A stretch of 64,000 nucleotides of DNA, from contig OX337230.1 of assembly GCA_946965045.2 (NCBI GenBank), forward strand, positions 744,001 to 808,000, read 5' to 3'. How positions within the stretch are numbered: position 1 is the stretch's first letter; each line of letters starts with the position of its first letter. The DNA is from Epithemia pelagica (taxonomy: Eukaryota > Protista > Bacillariophyta). A program made the translations under genes and the position numbers. The notes beneath the pieces are model-generated. The model worked only from the letters and a program-made list of their open reading frames with translations, did not search any database and was not told where the DNA came from. Of the stretch, positions 35,702-46,273 are shown in pieces.

Positions 35702-35981
35702 GGTACTGGGTCGCGAATCCTGCTGGTGGATCCTCTATGGAGAAGATTCGATCGTGCAGAATCGATTGTATCGAAGAGAGTTGATGACGAAGGATATCTA
35801 AAAAAAGGGTAGTATCTTGTTGGATCTTTTGGTCGCGCCAACACGAATCCCGATCGGTGTGGTCCCTTCCCATGTCAAAGTGGGTCTAGCCATTCCAGCC
35901 CATTTCCCTCTGGATAGTTCGCTATCTTGTTTAGGGGATCTTTGTTGCCCGTTTGCCGGCCGAATACGAGTAGAAGAGATC

Positions 35982-36028
35982 GTTCGTTGTTCAACGAGCA
36001 CTCCCAAGTTCCCTAGTTTCTTCGCAAC
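35982..36028 (+). repeat. Diverged ~50-bp direct repeat, copy 2
   Basis: gttcgttgttcaacgagcactcccaagttccctagtttcttcgcaac, matches 34040-34089. Confidence 0.7.
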
Positions 36029-36348
36029 AACTCGTACAGGAACCTTCCTCTTTGTCTGCAGTTGATTCGGAAAGACGTCTTCTCTAGGTAGTCTCGAGCA
36101 CTTGTGCCATCGTTGCAGTCCAACACGAAATGTTCCCTACTTTAGGTATACTACGTTCGAGACTTTCATCTTTGATATGCACATCAATCGGATACGTCTT
36201 CTATTTGTGTTAGGCTGTCAACCACTAAAATGCAATATTTATCACCAATCGTTCGTCTTTTTCAGAGACCAAACTTTTTCATTCATTCAAACACACGGAC
36301 CCATGCCAACGGTTGTTGGAAGCCTCAATGCTGGTTTGACGGTTTTTT

Positions 36349-38291
36349 TTACAAATCTGTAAAGCTGTTGGGGTCGGGCTTACCCACGGCATGTACTTCA
36401 AATCCAATTTCTCGAAGCGCACTGTGGTCGAGCAAGTTGCGACCATCAAAGATAAAAGCTGGCTTGGCCATGGAGGCATAAATCTTTTTGTAGTCGTACG
36501 TCTTGAAGGCATCCCATTCTGTCAAGATGCACACGGCATGGGCACCATCGCAGGCTTCGTAGGGGTCTGTGGCCGTAACGACCGATTCTTCCAACTTGGG
36601 TGTGTTGTTCTTGTTAATACCACACGTGTAGTCCATTTCGGTCCACATGTCTTCACGCTTGACTTCCGGATCATACACATGAATCTTGGCCTGTTCCTGC
36701 AACAAGTCACGGAGGACAAACATGGACGGCGTCTCACGAACATCGCCGGTATCCTTCTTGAAGGCATATCCAAAGAGACAAATCTTCTTGCCCGTGACCG
36801 TGTTGAACATTTTGGCCACAACCTTTTCTGTGAATCGCTTCTTTTGGAAGTCATTCATGAGAATGACCTGATTCCAATAGGCGGCACATTCATTGAGACC
36901 ATAGGTTTCACACAGGTACACCAAGTTGAGAATGTCCTTTTGGAAGCAGGAACCTCCAAAACCCACGGAGGGTTGCAAGAATCGTTTGCCAATACGATCG
37001 TCCATACCCACAGCACGAGAAATTTCTTGCACATCGGCACCCGTGGCTTCGCAGAGGGCCGAAATACTGTTGATGGAAGAAACGCGTTGGGCCAAAAAGG
37101 CATTGGCGACCAACTTGGACAATTCAGAAGACCAAAGGTTGGTGGTCAAGATTTGTTCGCGAGGGACCCAATGGGCATAGACCGACACCAAAGTTTCGGC
37201 CGCCTTGAGACCGGCCTCCGTTTGCTGTCCTCCAATCAAAACACGGTCTGGAGCCATCAAATCCTTAATGGCCGTTCCTTCGGCCAAGAATTCGGGATTG
37301 CTCAAAACTTGAAAGTCCAATCCCTTTTCATTGGATTGGAGGACACGGGTAATGGCTTGGGCGGTACGGACGGGCACAGTGGACTTTTCGACCACAATCT
37401 TTGGTGTGGTCGAGACTTTGGCAATCGTACGAGCGCACAATTCGCAGTTCTTGATGTTGGCCATGCGGCCAGCCCCAATTCCCTGCGTCTTGGTGGGAGT
37501 GTTGACCGAAATAAAGACCACGTCGGCCTTTTGGATCTCACCTTCGACGTCGGTGCTAAAGAACAAGTTCCGGTTGACGCACTCATCCACGACTTCTCGG
37601 AGACCGGGTTCGTAAATGGGCAACTCGGGGCTGTTCCATCCATCAATTTGCTTTTGCGAAATGTCCACCACACAAACACGAATCTGAAACAGTAGAAACA
37701 TCAATTCAAATATTGGGAATGTGAAAAATAAACAGTGTGAGATCTTTCTCCGTATCACAAACCTAGAAGAATTCGACATAGCGGTTGTTCCAAACCGAGA
37801 ATTGCACCTCCATGGTCCCAGGAAGGCATGATGTGGGAACACTCAACAACACCATGACGACGACGTCTGGAGCCAGTCTAGAGACTTGAGAAAGAATGAC
37901 CAAGCAAAGCGTGAATGCAATTCTGTGGTCTACGAGCACTGGATACCAAAGAGCCACATGACTTGTTCTGCATCCGATTGACTCGTTCGCGTGTCCGTGA
38001 AACGACGGGGGAAGTAGAAAACCATTGGTCGTAGGAAGATTCCACAGTGACAATACGGTGCTTGGACGTCGCGGAACCACCTCCATTCTGCCGCATCCTT
38101 TCGTCCAACCGACTTATCTTGATTTTCATCTTGAGGGACCCATTTCATCATCCTCGTTCAGCCACCCAAACACCAACCACGAGAACACCTACCTCAGGAC
38201 ATTGTTTCGCAATGACCGCCATGGTGGGACCTCCCACATATCCTGCACCCATGCAGCAAATCTTGAGCTTCCAATTCTTTTCCTCACTCAT
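36349..38291 (-). CDS. UGDH: UDP-glucose 6-dehydrogenase; exons 38291-38193 and 37683-36349
   Basis: [48 protein letters not shown] (catalytic Cys) and AFKKDTGD; 509-bp GT-AG intron. Confidence 0.97.
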
Positions 38292-39189
38292 CTTCTTATT
38301 CTTATTATTATGATTATAAATCAAGTCGATCGACTGTTGTCCTCCAAGTCCAAGGTCACTTTTGATATGACGTTCGGGTCGCCTTGTCGGGGGGAAGGAA
38401 GGAATGAACAGCACACGAAAGAAGTCACAAGTCACAACAATTCGATTCAAAATAAAAAAGACCGATGGGCCACAAACAAATGACGGAATCTTGGGGGCAC
38501 GGTGTGCGTGCGACCAGCACCGTCATCCATCCCCCAAGATACGTATGTGCGAACGGTCAATTTCTGAAAAGAGTCGCATCTTAGTCGATAGTCATTGGTA
38601 GCACGAAGCACGGAACCACACGAGCCACTCCCCATTGCTGGCGTCATTGCTGGTTGATCGTAAACTACTGGGAACTAGATTGAAAATTGAAATAGCCCTT
38701 TCTGCCTTTGGCGATAGGCTGAGACGTTGATGACAGAAAGGCAATAGTATTTATTTTGTGGGATTCCTTCAAAGCATTATGGGGCTGAATGAATCGGGTC
38801 ACATGGCCGTATTCACCAAATCGGAGTGCAATCTGCGCGCCTACCGGTATTCATTTGCCCACTTCCCACGAACCCGACCTGCGATCCAGCGAATTATCTT
38901 TGCAGCATCTTCTCTCGATCGGCATCCGTGGCAACTGACCGTTGCGTGGTGGCAGTAGGTAGCATCTGTTTGCAACCACCCAGACCCAGAGAGAGAAAAG
39001 AGGAGAGGAGTGCGTTGGACCACGAGCTATAACCATAAGGTAACGGTACCGACGTCAGAAGTCCCGTTGCTATCGGAAACAAAGCGAGATTCAACACAAA
39101 ATCCGGTCCTTGTCGTGTGAAAAGTACCATCCTCTCCTATCCATTCATCCATCAGTCATTCGCGGTCGGCAAAGACAACTACATTGGAA

Positions 39190-40308
39190 ATGTGCAAGCC
39201 GGAAACAACGACAAAGCCAATCACTTCCAAGGTGGAAGTGAAACCAACCACCACGACGCAGCAAGCGACTTCTGGTGAGTCCCCTCCCTCACCTCTAACT
39301 TTGGCTTCCAAACTGGTAACCGACAAACCGAAGCAATCGGGTCAAGATGACTTTTATTGGAGCGATTCCGAGGAACCACATGCCAGCCGACGCAAAGAAA
39401 TCCTCGACAAGTATCCGGAAATCAAAAAGTTGTATGGACATGATCCGTACCTGAGGTATCAGGTGGCATTTGTCATGGCACTCCAGACGTTTTGTGCCTA
39501 TTGGGTCAAGGATTCCTCCTGGATGACCTACATTGCGACGGCCTACATCATTGGAGCCACGTCCAATCACATGCTCATGATGTCCCTCCATGAACTCGCA
39601 CATCATTTGGGCTTTCAAAAGTTTGGCCACAACAAGTTATTCAGCTTGTTTACCAACTTGCCCGTTGGCATTCCGGCGGCCATATCCTTCAAACGGTATC
39701 ATATGGACCATCACAAGTACCAAGGTGAACATGAAGTGGACGTGGATATCCCCACAGAATGGGAAGGTCGGTGGATCAACACAACACTTTCCAAATTTTT
39801 CTTTGTCTTTTTTCAAGGCTTCTTTTACGCGCTCCGACCCTTGCTGGTGAACCCCAAGACACCTGGTCGGTGGGAAATGGCCAATTTGGCCCTTTGCCTC
39901 CTCTTTGATGGTTTGGTCTTGCACTTCATGGGCCCGTCCTCCTTGGGCTATCTTTTTCTTTCCACTCTGTTTGGTACTGGACTCCATCCGGTGGCCGGTC
40001 ATTTCATTGCCGAGCATTACATTTTTACGCAAGGCAATGAGACCTACTCGTATTATGGCTTTTTTAATATCTTCACCTTGAATGTTGGCTATCACAATGA
40101 ACACCACGACTTTCCCTTTATTCCCGGTCGTCGCTTGCCGCAACTCAAGGCCATTGCATCGGAATACTACGATTCCTTACCCCAACACCCGTGCTGGATC
40201 ATGGTCTTGTATAACTTCATTATGGATCCCACTGTGACAGCCTTTAGCCGGGTCAAACGGTCCTCCCTGAAGCAAGAGGAATTGATGGAATTCAAAAAGA
40301 ACCAATAA
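39190..40308 (+). CDS. DEGS1: Sphingolipid delta(4)-desaturase DES1
   Basis: N-terminal DFYWSDSEEPHASRRKEIL and histidine boxes HELAH, HMDHH and HNEHH. Confidence 0.93.
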   Translation: MCKPETTTKPITSKVEVKPTTTTQQATSGESPPSPLTLASKLVTDKPKQSGQDDFYWSDSEEPHASRRKEILDKYPEIKKLYGHDPYLRYQVAFVMALQTFCAYWVKDSSWMTYIATAYIIGATSNHMLMMSLHELAHHLGFQKFGHNKLFSLFTNLPVGIPAAISFKRYHMDHHKYQGEHEVDVDIPTEWEGRWINTTLSKFFFVFFQGFFYALRPLLVNPKTPGRWEMANLALCLLFDGLVLHFMGPSSLGYLFLSTLFGTGLHPVAGHFIAEHYIFTQGNETYSYYGFFNIFTLNVGYHNEHHDFPFIPGRRLPQLKAIASEYYDSLPQHPCWIMVLYNFIMDPTVTAFSRVKRSSLKQEELMEFKKNQ

Positions 40309-40545
40309 ACAGTTTTGGACGACTACTACTACTACTACGACACCACATGATGTGACTTGATACGGCGATTTCTAGACGAGGCACTCGGATGCATTCAAGT
40401 TGTGAGATGTTTTCTTCTCACTCCCTGTACAGCAAAATTTTGCTTTTCCTACTTTCTCCACATGTACACACACATGTCGATTGATATATACACACGCAAA
40501 CGCAAACACACCACTCTTTCTTGACCCATAAACTACATAATTCAG

Positions 40546-41173
40546 GGATACTCGGTATTTTTTGTGGACCACATACAAATCAAGACAAACTACCACAAAC
40601 TACTATGTCGTATAGACTTATTGTGGTATAGCTCTACTTATTAAGACCGTTATAAGACGTTATACTACAATACCCCCAATGCGGAGTTGAGCGATGTGGA
40701 TAAATGTTGTCAATTGTTGATAATTGTTGAGCGTGCCATGTTCCTAAATAGACAAATAGAAAATTCTAAGTAGAATTGTTTTTCTGTTGCTCCCCCAAAG
40801 CCCCCCCAAAATTAGTCCCGAATGCATCGCATGCAGTCACAGTTGACTGCATAGCACATGGCACGAAATTTCTTCGCCATGTGCAACATGATGAGTTTGA
40901 CGTGATGAATGATTATGCGTTCTTTTCTCGATTGTCGTGCATCGTGCAAGTTGACCATGGCCGACGGTACGGTGGAAATGGCGGTTCAGACTGGTTGTTT
41001 CGACAGCCTTGTCTGGACGAATCCACAAATCCACAAATCCACAAATCCACAAATCCACAAATCCACAAATCCACAAATCCACAAATCCACAAATCCACAA
41101 ATCCACAAACGACGCAACAACACAAACGACGCAACAATCAAACATCTTATCTCTGCTACTATGGGTTAATGTT
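40546..41173. repeat. Left TIR (~628 bp) containing (ATCCACAA)x11 at 41021-41108
   Basis: Reverse complement of 45498-46118. Confidence 0.95.
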
Positions 41174-41243
41174 GACTAAGGTAAGTAAATGAGCCGAAAG
41201 GGCGAGGACTGTCATGATTCTTGGTTGTTGCGGTCTTTCACGC

Positions 41244-41723
41244 TCACATGGTTTGTCCCCCCACAGGGTCAGCACGTACTGCAGTCGGTGCAGCAGCCGC
41301 ATTGGACTGATTCTCGACGGGTTCGAATACAACCCACTTCCAATCTGCTTCAGGACCAAGGGTATTCTGGGTCAGGATTGCGTCGTGGAGATACAGCTGG
41401 AAGATCTGGGTCATCCTGGATGAATCGGTCACCCCACACATCGCAATTTTCTTACAAAGCTTGCGGAGAAGTGCCTCGACGTCCTTTTGCTGGTCGAGGA
41501 TGGCATCTTCGAGGTTGTTGGGGGGCTCTTCGTTGTCGGGGATCTCCTTCACGTTCACTTTGCGGACCCTCGTCCACTTTTTCCGCCCATTTTCCTTCTC
41601 GATAGCAACGTACGCCATCTTTGCAGTATCCTGCTTGCTGGCATTCCTCTAGCCCTTCATGCCAACGTAAGTGCCTCCTGTGAAGGCAATGCGGCAGCCA
41701 ATCTCAAATTCTTCGTCCGCCAT
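41244..41723 (-). pseudogene. Transposon ORF-A, ~159 aa, KOW-like N-terminus, one premature TAG (41649-41651)
   Basis: MADEEFEIGCRIAFTGGTYVGMKG*RNASKQDTAKMAYVAIE... continues in frame into ORF 41244-41618. The G-x-Y-x-G-x-x-G pattern resembles KOW. Confidence 0.55.
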
Positions 41724-41876
41724 GGTGCGTGGTATCCAACAATCAAAGAGAATGGGAAAATTGTGACCACTCGTGTTCGCGTTTACAAAAACGAGTTCGT
41801 TTACTTGTTATCGCTAAAATAAAGTAGTCAGAACACAGGCTTCATCTACTTGTACATTTCTTATAGTTATTCAAAG

Positions 41877-42776
41877 ATGCTTATAACGCCTCACAAAATG
41901 ATGATGCAAGGATTGAACTTCCTTGGCATCCATCCTCCTCCTTGTGCACGAGAGAGCACGAAGTACAGCGACCTTTTCCATAAGCATTATGGTTCGTCTA
42001 CTTTAGTTGTTGCTTCTCTATGGTTTGACCTTGCACATGCGTCGGTCAATGGCGAATGCTTGCTATTAGAGAAGGAGATGACAACGAGTGGCCTACGGCA
42101 ATTCCTTATGGCTGTCTACTTTCTTTGGGTCTATCCCAAGAATGCCGAACTTCTTGCCTCGGTATTCAATGTATGCGTGTCCTACTGCCAAGGTAAGAGG
42201 CTGTGGCGTTGGATTGAGAAGATACAGGCGATGAAGACGATTAAAATCACCTGGCCAGATTTCTCGGAAATTTTTTGCCTTACTGTGGATGGAGTGGACT
42301 TCAAAACGTGGGAGCCCAAGCATCCCATCCATCACCGTGACAAGGGGGCCTATTCCCCAAAGTTCAATCATGGCGGTGTGAAGTATGAACTGGGTGTTGC
42401 TGTGTTTCAACCAAAAATTGTATGGACAAATGGCCCCTTCAAAGCTGCTGTACATGACTTAACGGTATTTCGTGCAGGGCTCAAGCAGAAGATTGGTCCA
42501 GGAAAAAAGGTAATTGCTGACCGTGGATACCGCTCAGACGACAAGCACGAGCAGTTAATGCTTTCCCTACCGTATCACGGAGACAGTGCCGAGCTCAAGA
42601 GCTTCAAGAGCCGTGCGCGCTGTTGCCATGAAAGTGTCAACGGACGGATTAAAAACTTCCGAGCGATGGAAGACACCTTTCGTCATGGCAAAGAGAAACA
42701 CAAAATCGCCTTCGAGGCTGTATGCGTCATTGTGCAATACCAAATGGATAATGGCGCTGAGGTTTTCCAAGTCTAG
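41877..42776 (+). CDS. Transposon ORF-B: DDE transposase (IS5/Harbinger/ISL2EU-like, DDE_Tnp_4)
   Basis: TVDGVDF...EP, VKYELGV, WTNGPF...HDLTVFR, VIADRGY and RCCHESVNGRIKNF; catalytic D-D-E intact, ORF open. Confidence 0.9.
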   Translation: MLITPHKMMMQGLNFLGIHPPPCARESTKYSDLFHKHYGSSTLVVASLWFDLAHASVNGECLLLEKEMTTSGLRQFLMAVYFLWVYPKNAELLASVFNVCVSYCQGKRLWRWIEKIQAMKTIKITWPDFSEIFCLTVDGVDFKTWEPKHPIHHRDKGAYSPKFNHGGVKYELGVAVFQPKIVWTNGPFKAAVHDLTVFRAGLKQKIGPGKKVIADRGYRSDDKHEQLMLSLPYHGDSAELKSFKSRARCCHESVNGRIKNFRAMEDTFRHGKEKHKIAFEAVCVIVQYQMDNGAEVFQV

Positions 42777-42983
42777 GAGAAGGAGTAGGTGCTCTACAAG
42801 ATTAATAGTTCTAATACAATAGTGAAACCTTAACGACAAACTACTACCTGATTACTCACTACCAATATTCATATGCATGTTTATGCTGTGTCCAGTGGCC
42901 AAGAAACAATTGCCTCTGAGTCGCTGTCGACAACACAAAGAAGTTTTTCATGTGATGTACTCTACTGGTACTCGTACCAAGAC

Positions 42984-44513
42984 TCAAACCTTTTTCTTCC
43001 GAGTAGTCTTACCATTGCCCTGAGGAGAAAACAAATCCTTGACTCCCTGTTTGCGTTGCTTGTTCTTCGCACGCCTCGACGATCCCTTGACGACGATGCG
43101 CCAAAAGACAATCATCCCAAGCATACCATTTGGGAGATCCTCGTCTTCGTCTTCATTGTCTGCTTGTGACTCCAACTCCACAATGCTTGCAGTCGTAGAA
43201 TCGGACTCCGCCATCGTTGCTGCTGCCTCACCTCGAGCAACACTGGCAGCATGATCACCAGTTGGGCCACCCTCCAATTGCACTTCGTCGTCGTCCTCCT
43301 CCTCATGATTAATTGTAAGAGGGATCATCTCTGTTGGCACTTCATATTCCTCACCAGCAAGAACGGAGTTGTCCAGAACTATTTTCGACGGGAAAACAAG
43401 AATCCAGTAAGCCATCTCGCGCTCTTTGCTGCCCTTGACAGCGAAGTATGTCTTGTTGTGCTCCTGGATAAACGCCTTACATCGAGGACCCATTCTGGGG
43501 TGAGAATGGTATCGTCGCACATTCCTCAACCAGAAGTCCCTGGAAACTCCCTTGACCAACACCTTGGGGCCAGGGATATGCGTGTACTCTTCGGGCTTGG
43601 GGATCTGTGCTTCCCAAGTGGTGTAGTCCGAGCTACCTGGCGAAATCGATCGGTGAATGTAAACGCTGTCCCAGGTGTGCTCGTTGTAAACCATGTCGGT
43701 CACATAGAAGACCTCAAACTCCCTGTTCCTCTCGGGGTGATCCAGATCCACATAGATGACGAATGGATTGTCCTTGGTTCCCTCAAGAACTCGGGAAGAA
43801 GAATTGGTTACCTCGAGGGACGAAAAGCTTGAAGTCAAGTCAGGAACACTCATCTTCTTGTTATCAACAATCAACCGTGTCCTCCTGGATGAATCAACAA
43901 TCTTCGAAGGGGGGGCTGTTTCCAATGGAACAGAATGTGTTGGAGTCGGGGTTGAGCGGCGCGCCTCAGCAAACGCAACAACTTTCTTGGTCGGTTGCTT
44001 CGAGAGAGCACAAGTAGGAGGGATTATGGCGTCGGTGATGGCGTTGAGGCCAAAGCCTTCTGCGCTGTCAACAGTGTACTCCTCGTCGGAGTCGGGTGGG
44101 GTGCAGTCGCTTGCGTCTTCCCCGTTGGGTTCCTTCTTCTCTGGCTTGGTCTCGGGTTCCTTCTTCTCTGGCTTGGTCTCGGGTTCCTTCTTCTCTTGCT
44201 CGGTCGCTGACTTCTGCAACTCGCCAAGTTCTTGGTAGGTCTTATCAGAAGGTTGGACCTTCAGTTCCTTGAGGCGAGAAGCGTACTGGTCAATAGGAAG
44301 CTTCTTGAAGTAGCTCCACTTGGTCTGAAATGCTCTGCGGAGCAACGAACCACTTTCCCCGTATGTATTGGGGTACCTGTCGCAGATCGAGACAAAACGG
44401 AGGCTCTGTCGACTCTTGTTGAGCTTGTCAACGTCTCTTAAAAGCTCAAGAGTCTGAAGACCCGACAGGTGAATCCTTACTTCGTTGTTTGCTTTGGAGT
44501 TTTTTTTGGACAT
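42984..44513 (-). CDS. Transposon ORF-C, ~509 aa, unknown function; helical N-domain, 27-bp tandem repeat (EKKEPETKP), globular C-domain
   Basis: Long open ORF between the TIRs, convergent with the transposase. Candidate for the DNA-binding partner protein of Harbinger-type elements (inference). Confidence 0.7.
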   Translation of the reverse strand: MSKKNSKANNEVRIHLSGLQTLELLRDVDKLNKSRQSLRFVSICDRYPNTYGESGSLLRRAFQTKWSYFKKLPIDQYASRLKELKVQPSDKTYQELGELQKSATEQEKKEPETKPEKKEPETKPEKKEPNGEDASDCTPPDSDEEYTVDSAEGFGLNAITDAIIPPTCALSKQPTKKVVAFAEARRSTPTPTHSVPLETAPPSKIVDSSRRTRLIVDNKKMSVPDLTSSFSSLEVTNSSSRVLEGTKDNPFVIYVDLDHPERNREFEVFYVTDMVYNEHTWDSVYIHRSISPGSSDYTTWEAQIPKPEEYTHIPGPKVLVKGVSRDFWLRNVRRYHSHPRMGPRCKAFIQEHNKTYFAVKGSKEREMAYWILVFPSKIVLDNSVLAGEEYEVPTEMIPLTINHEEEDDDEVQLEGGPTGDHAASVARGEAAATMAESDSTTASIVELESQADNEDEDEDLPNGMLGMIVFWRIVVKGSSRRAKNKQRKQGVKDLFSPQGNGKTTRKKKV

Positions 44514-44885
44514 TGTGAGATTTTGTCTGTTGCATGCGAGTTTCCAAGGAGAGAGTCGAGCAAGACAATGCATCTTATTTGGATAACCACTCCTGTATAG
44601 AATATGTTACTAGTTTGATTTCTTTTGCTATGTAAATGGGTTATGCTGGCGGATATTGATGGCATTAGGTGCTGTCTGGCGACAGCAATGCTGTGACTCG
44701 TGACCAGGTCGTGATTGTTGTGTTCGGAAACGAAAAGAATGTGAAGCCGAGTCGAGTTCTCCTTTCTTGTTGTGTTTTCTTTCTTGAGCCCCTTCTGGGC
44801 TCAACAAAGTCGCAAGCATTGGGACGTGCGACCAGCACTGAGAGAACAGTGCAGCAAGTACCGTGTTTGATTGTTGCTTTTAACC

Positions 44886-45470
44886 ATGGCCCAATCATCC
44901 AAAGACGGGTGGATCGATTGGAGAAACTCCGAAAGTCGATCCATCTTGTTGCTGGACTTGGAAAGCGGCGTTCTTCCACTTGATATCACAGCCCAGGAAG
45001 CTTGGGAGATCTACGCCTTGGAACCTGTGTTTATTGTTGAGGGTGTGGTCTTTGACCAATTCAAGGCCCGACTCGCAGGCCACCGGAAACAGGTGCGACG
45101 CGACCATGCTCAGCGTCAGCGCAAAGAAGCGGCTCTCGTCCACGACCGTCAGTTGTATCCGCGTGCCTTCGTCAACCATCGTGCGGAACCAGTCTTTGAC
45201 ATGTCCGAAGCAAAGACTTTTTTGGAACAAGATGTCGAATATGGGAAGCCGCAGACGATGACAATGTCGGCGCTGTACCATTCGCGGCAGGCCTACCTCA
45301 AGTTTTGACCAGACATCTTTCGACAACGCGTCTATCAAGAACAGCGTCGCCAGAAGTTTCTCGTGTACCTGGAGCAGAAACGAGTTCTCAAGGAAGAAGC
45401 TGCAGAGAAAAGGAGAAAGAAGGTCAGAGAAAAAGCGAGAAAGACAAAAGAGAAAAGTGAAACAACTTAA
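44886..45470 (+). pseudogene. Transposon ORF-D, ~194 aa, internally duplicated domain, one premature TGA (45306-45308)
   Basis: WRNSESRSILLLDLESG...F..RL..HR and FDMSEAKTFLEQDVEYG...F*PDIFRQRVYQE look like two related halves; the frame continues past the stop to TAA 45470. Confidence 0.55.
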
Positions 45471-45497
45471 CGTCCTGACTGGCCGATGACTCCGTAG

Positions 45498-46118
45498 AAC
45501 ATTAACCCATAGTAGCAGTTGTTTGATTGTTGCGTCGTTTGTGTTGTTGCGTTGTTTGTGGATTTGTGGATTTGTGGATTTGTGGATTTGTGGATTTGTG
45601 GATTTGTGGATTTGTGGATTTGTGGATTTGTGGATTTGTGGATTCGTCCAGACAAGGCTGTCGAAACAACCAGTCTGAACCGCCATTTCCACCGTACCGT
45701 CGGCCATGGTCAACTTGCACGATGCACGACGATCGAGAAAAGAACACATAATCATTCATCACGTCAAACTCATCATGTTGCACATGGCGAAGAAATTTCG
45801 TGCCATGTGCTATGCAGTCAACTGTGACTGCATGCGATGCATTCGGGACTAATTTTGGGGGGGCTTTGGGGGAGCAACAGAAAAACAATTCTACTTAGAA
45901 TTTTCTATTTGTCTATTTAGGAACATGGCACGCTCAACAATTATCAACAATTGACAACATTTATCCACATCGCTCAACTCCGCATTGGGGGTATTGTAGT
46001 ATAACGTCTTATAACGGTCTTAATAAGTAGAGCTAGACAACAAAAAGTCTAGACGACATCGTAGTTTGTGGAAGTTTGTCTATATTTGTATGTGGTCCAC
46101 AAAAAATACCGAGTATCC
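45498..46118. repeat. Right TIR (~621 bp) containing (TTGTGGAT)x11 at 45556-45643
   Basis: Reverse complement of the left TIR. Confidence 0.95.
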
Positions 46119-46273
46119 CAGGTAAATGAACTAGAGTAGATCCATATGATGATGACTATGGAGTTTGGATAGAAAATCAGAGTTTGGAAGGTAGCTTGTT
46201 CCTGTACGCACACGGATGGAATGTTGGTGATTCTGTAGAGAAAGATCAAACTATCTAGCTGGAAAGGCGGCCG

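Larger units (their letters stand above)
40546..46118. mobile_element. Harbinger/PHIS-type DNA transposon, 5573 bp, ~625-bp TIRs, CAG target duplication, four ORFs
   Basis: CAG|GGATACTCGG...CCGAGTATCC|CAG; near-identical inverted repeats 40546-41173 and 45498-46118; DDE_Tnp_4-type transposase inside. Confidence 0.88.

Noticed and set aside
36391-37695. Long antisense ORFs (also 19852-20856, 46340-47545, 26307-27059)
   Set aside because: Shadows of well-supported genes on the opposite strand; no independent motifs.
41021-41108. Regular short repeats as a CRISPR array or telomere (also 4296-4332, 9467-9513, 45556-45643)
   Set aside because: Pure tandem 8- and 10-mers with no spacers, located inside transposon TIRs; no cas genes; eukaryotic context.
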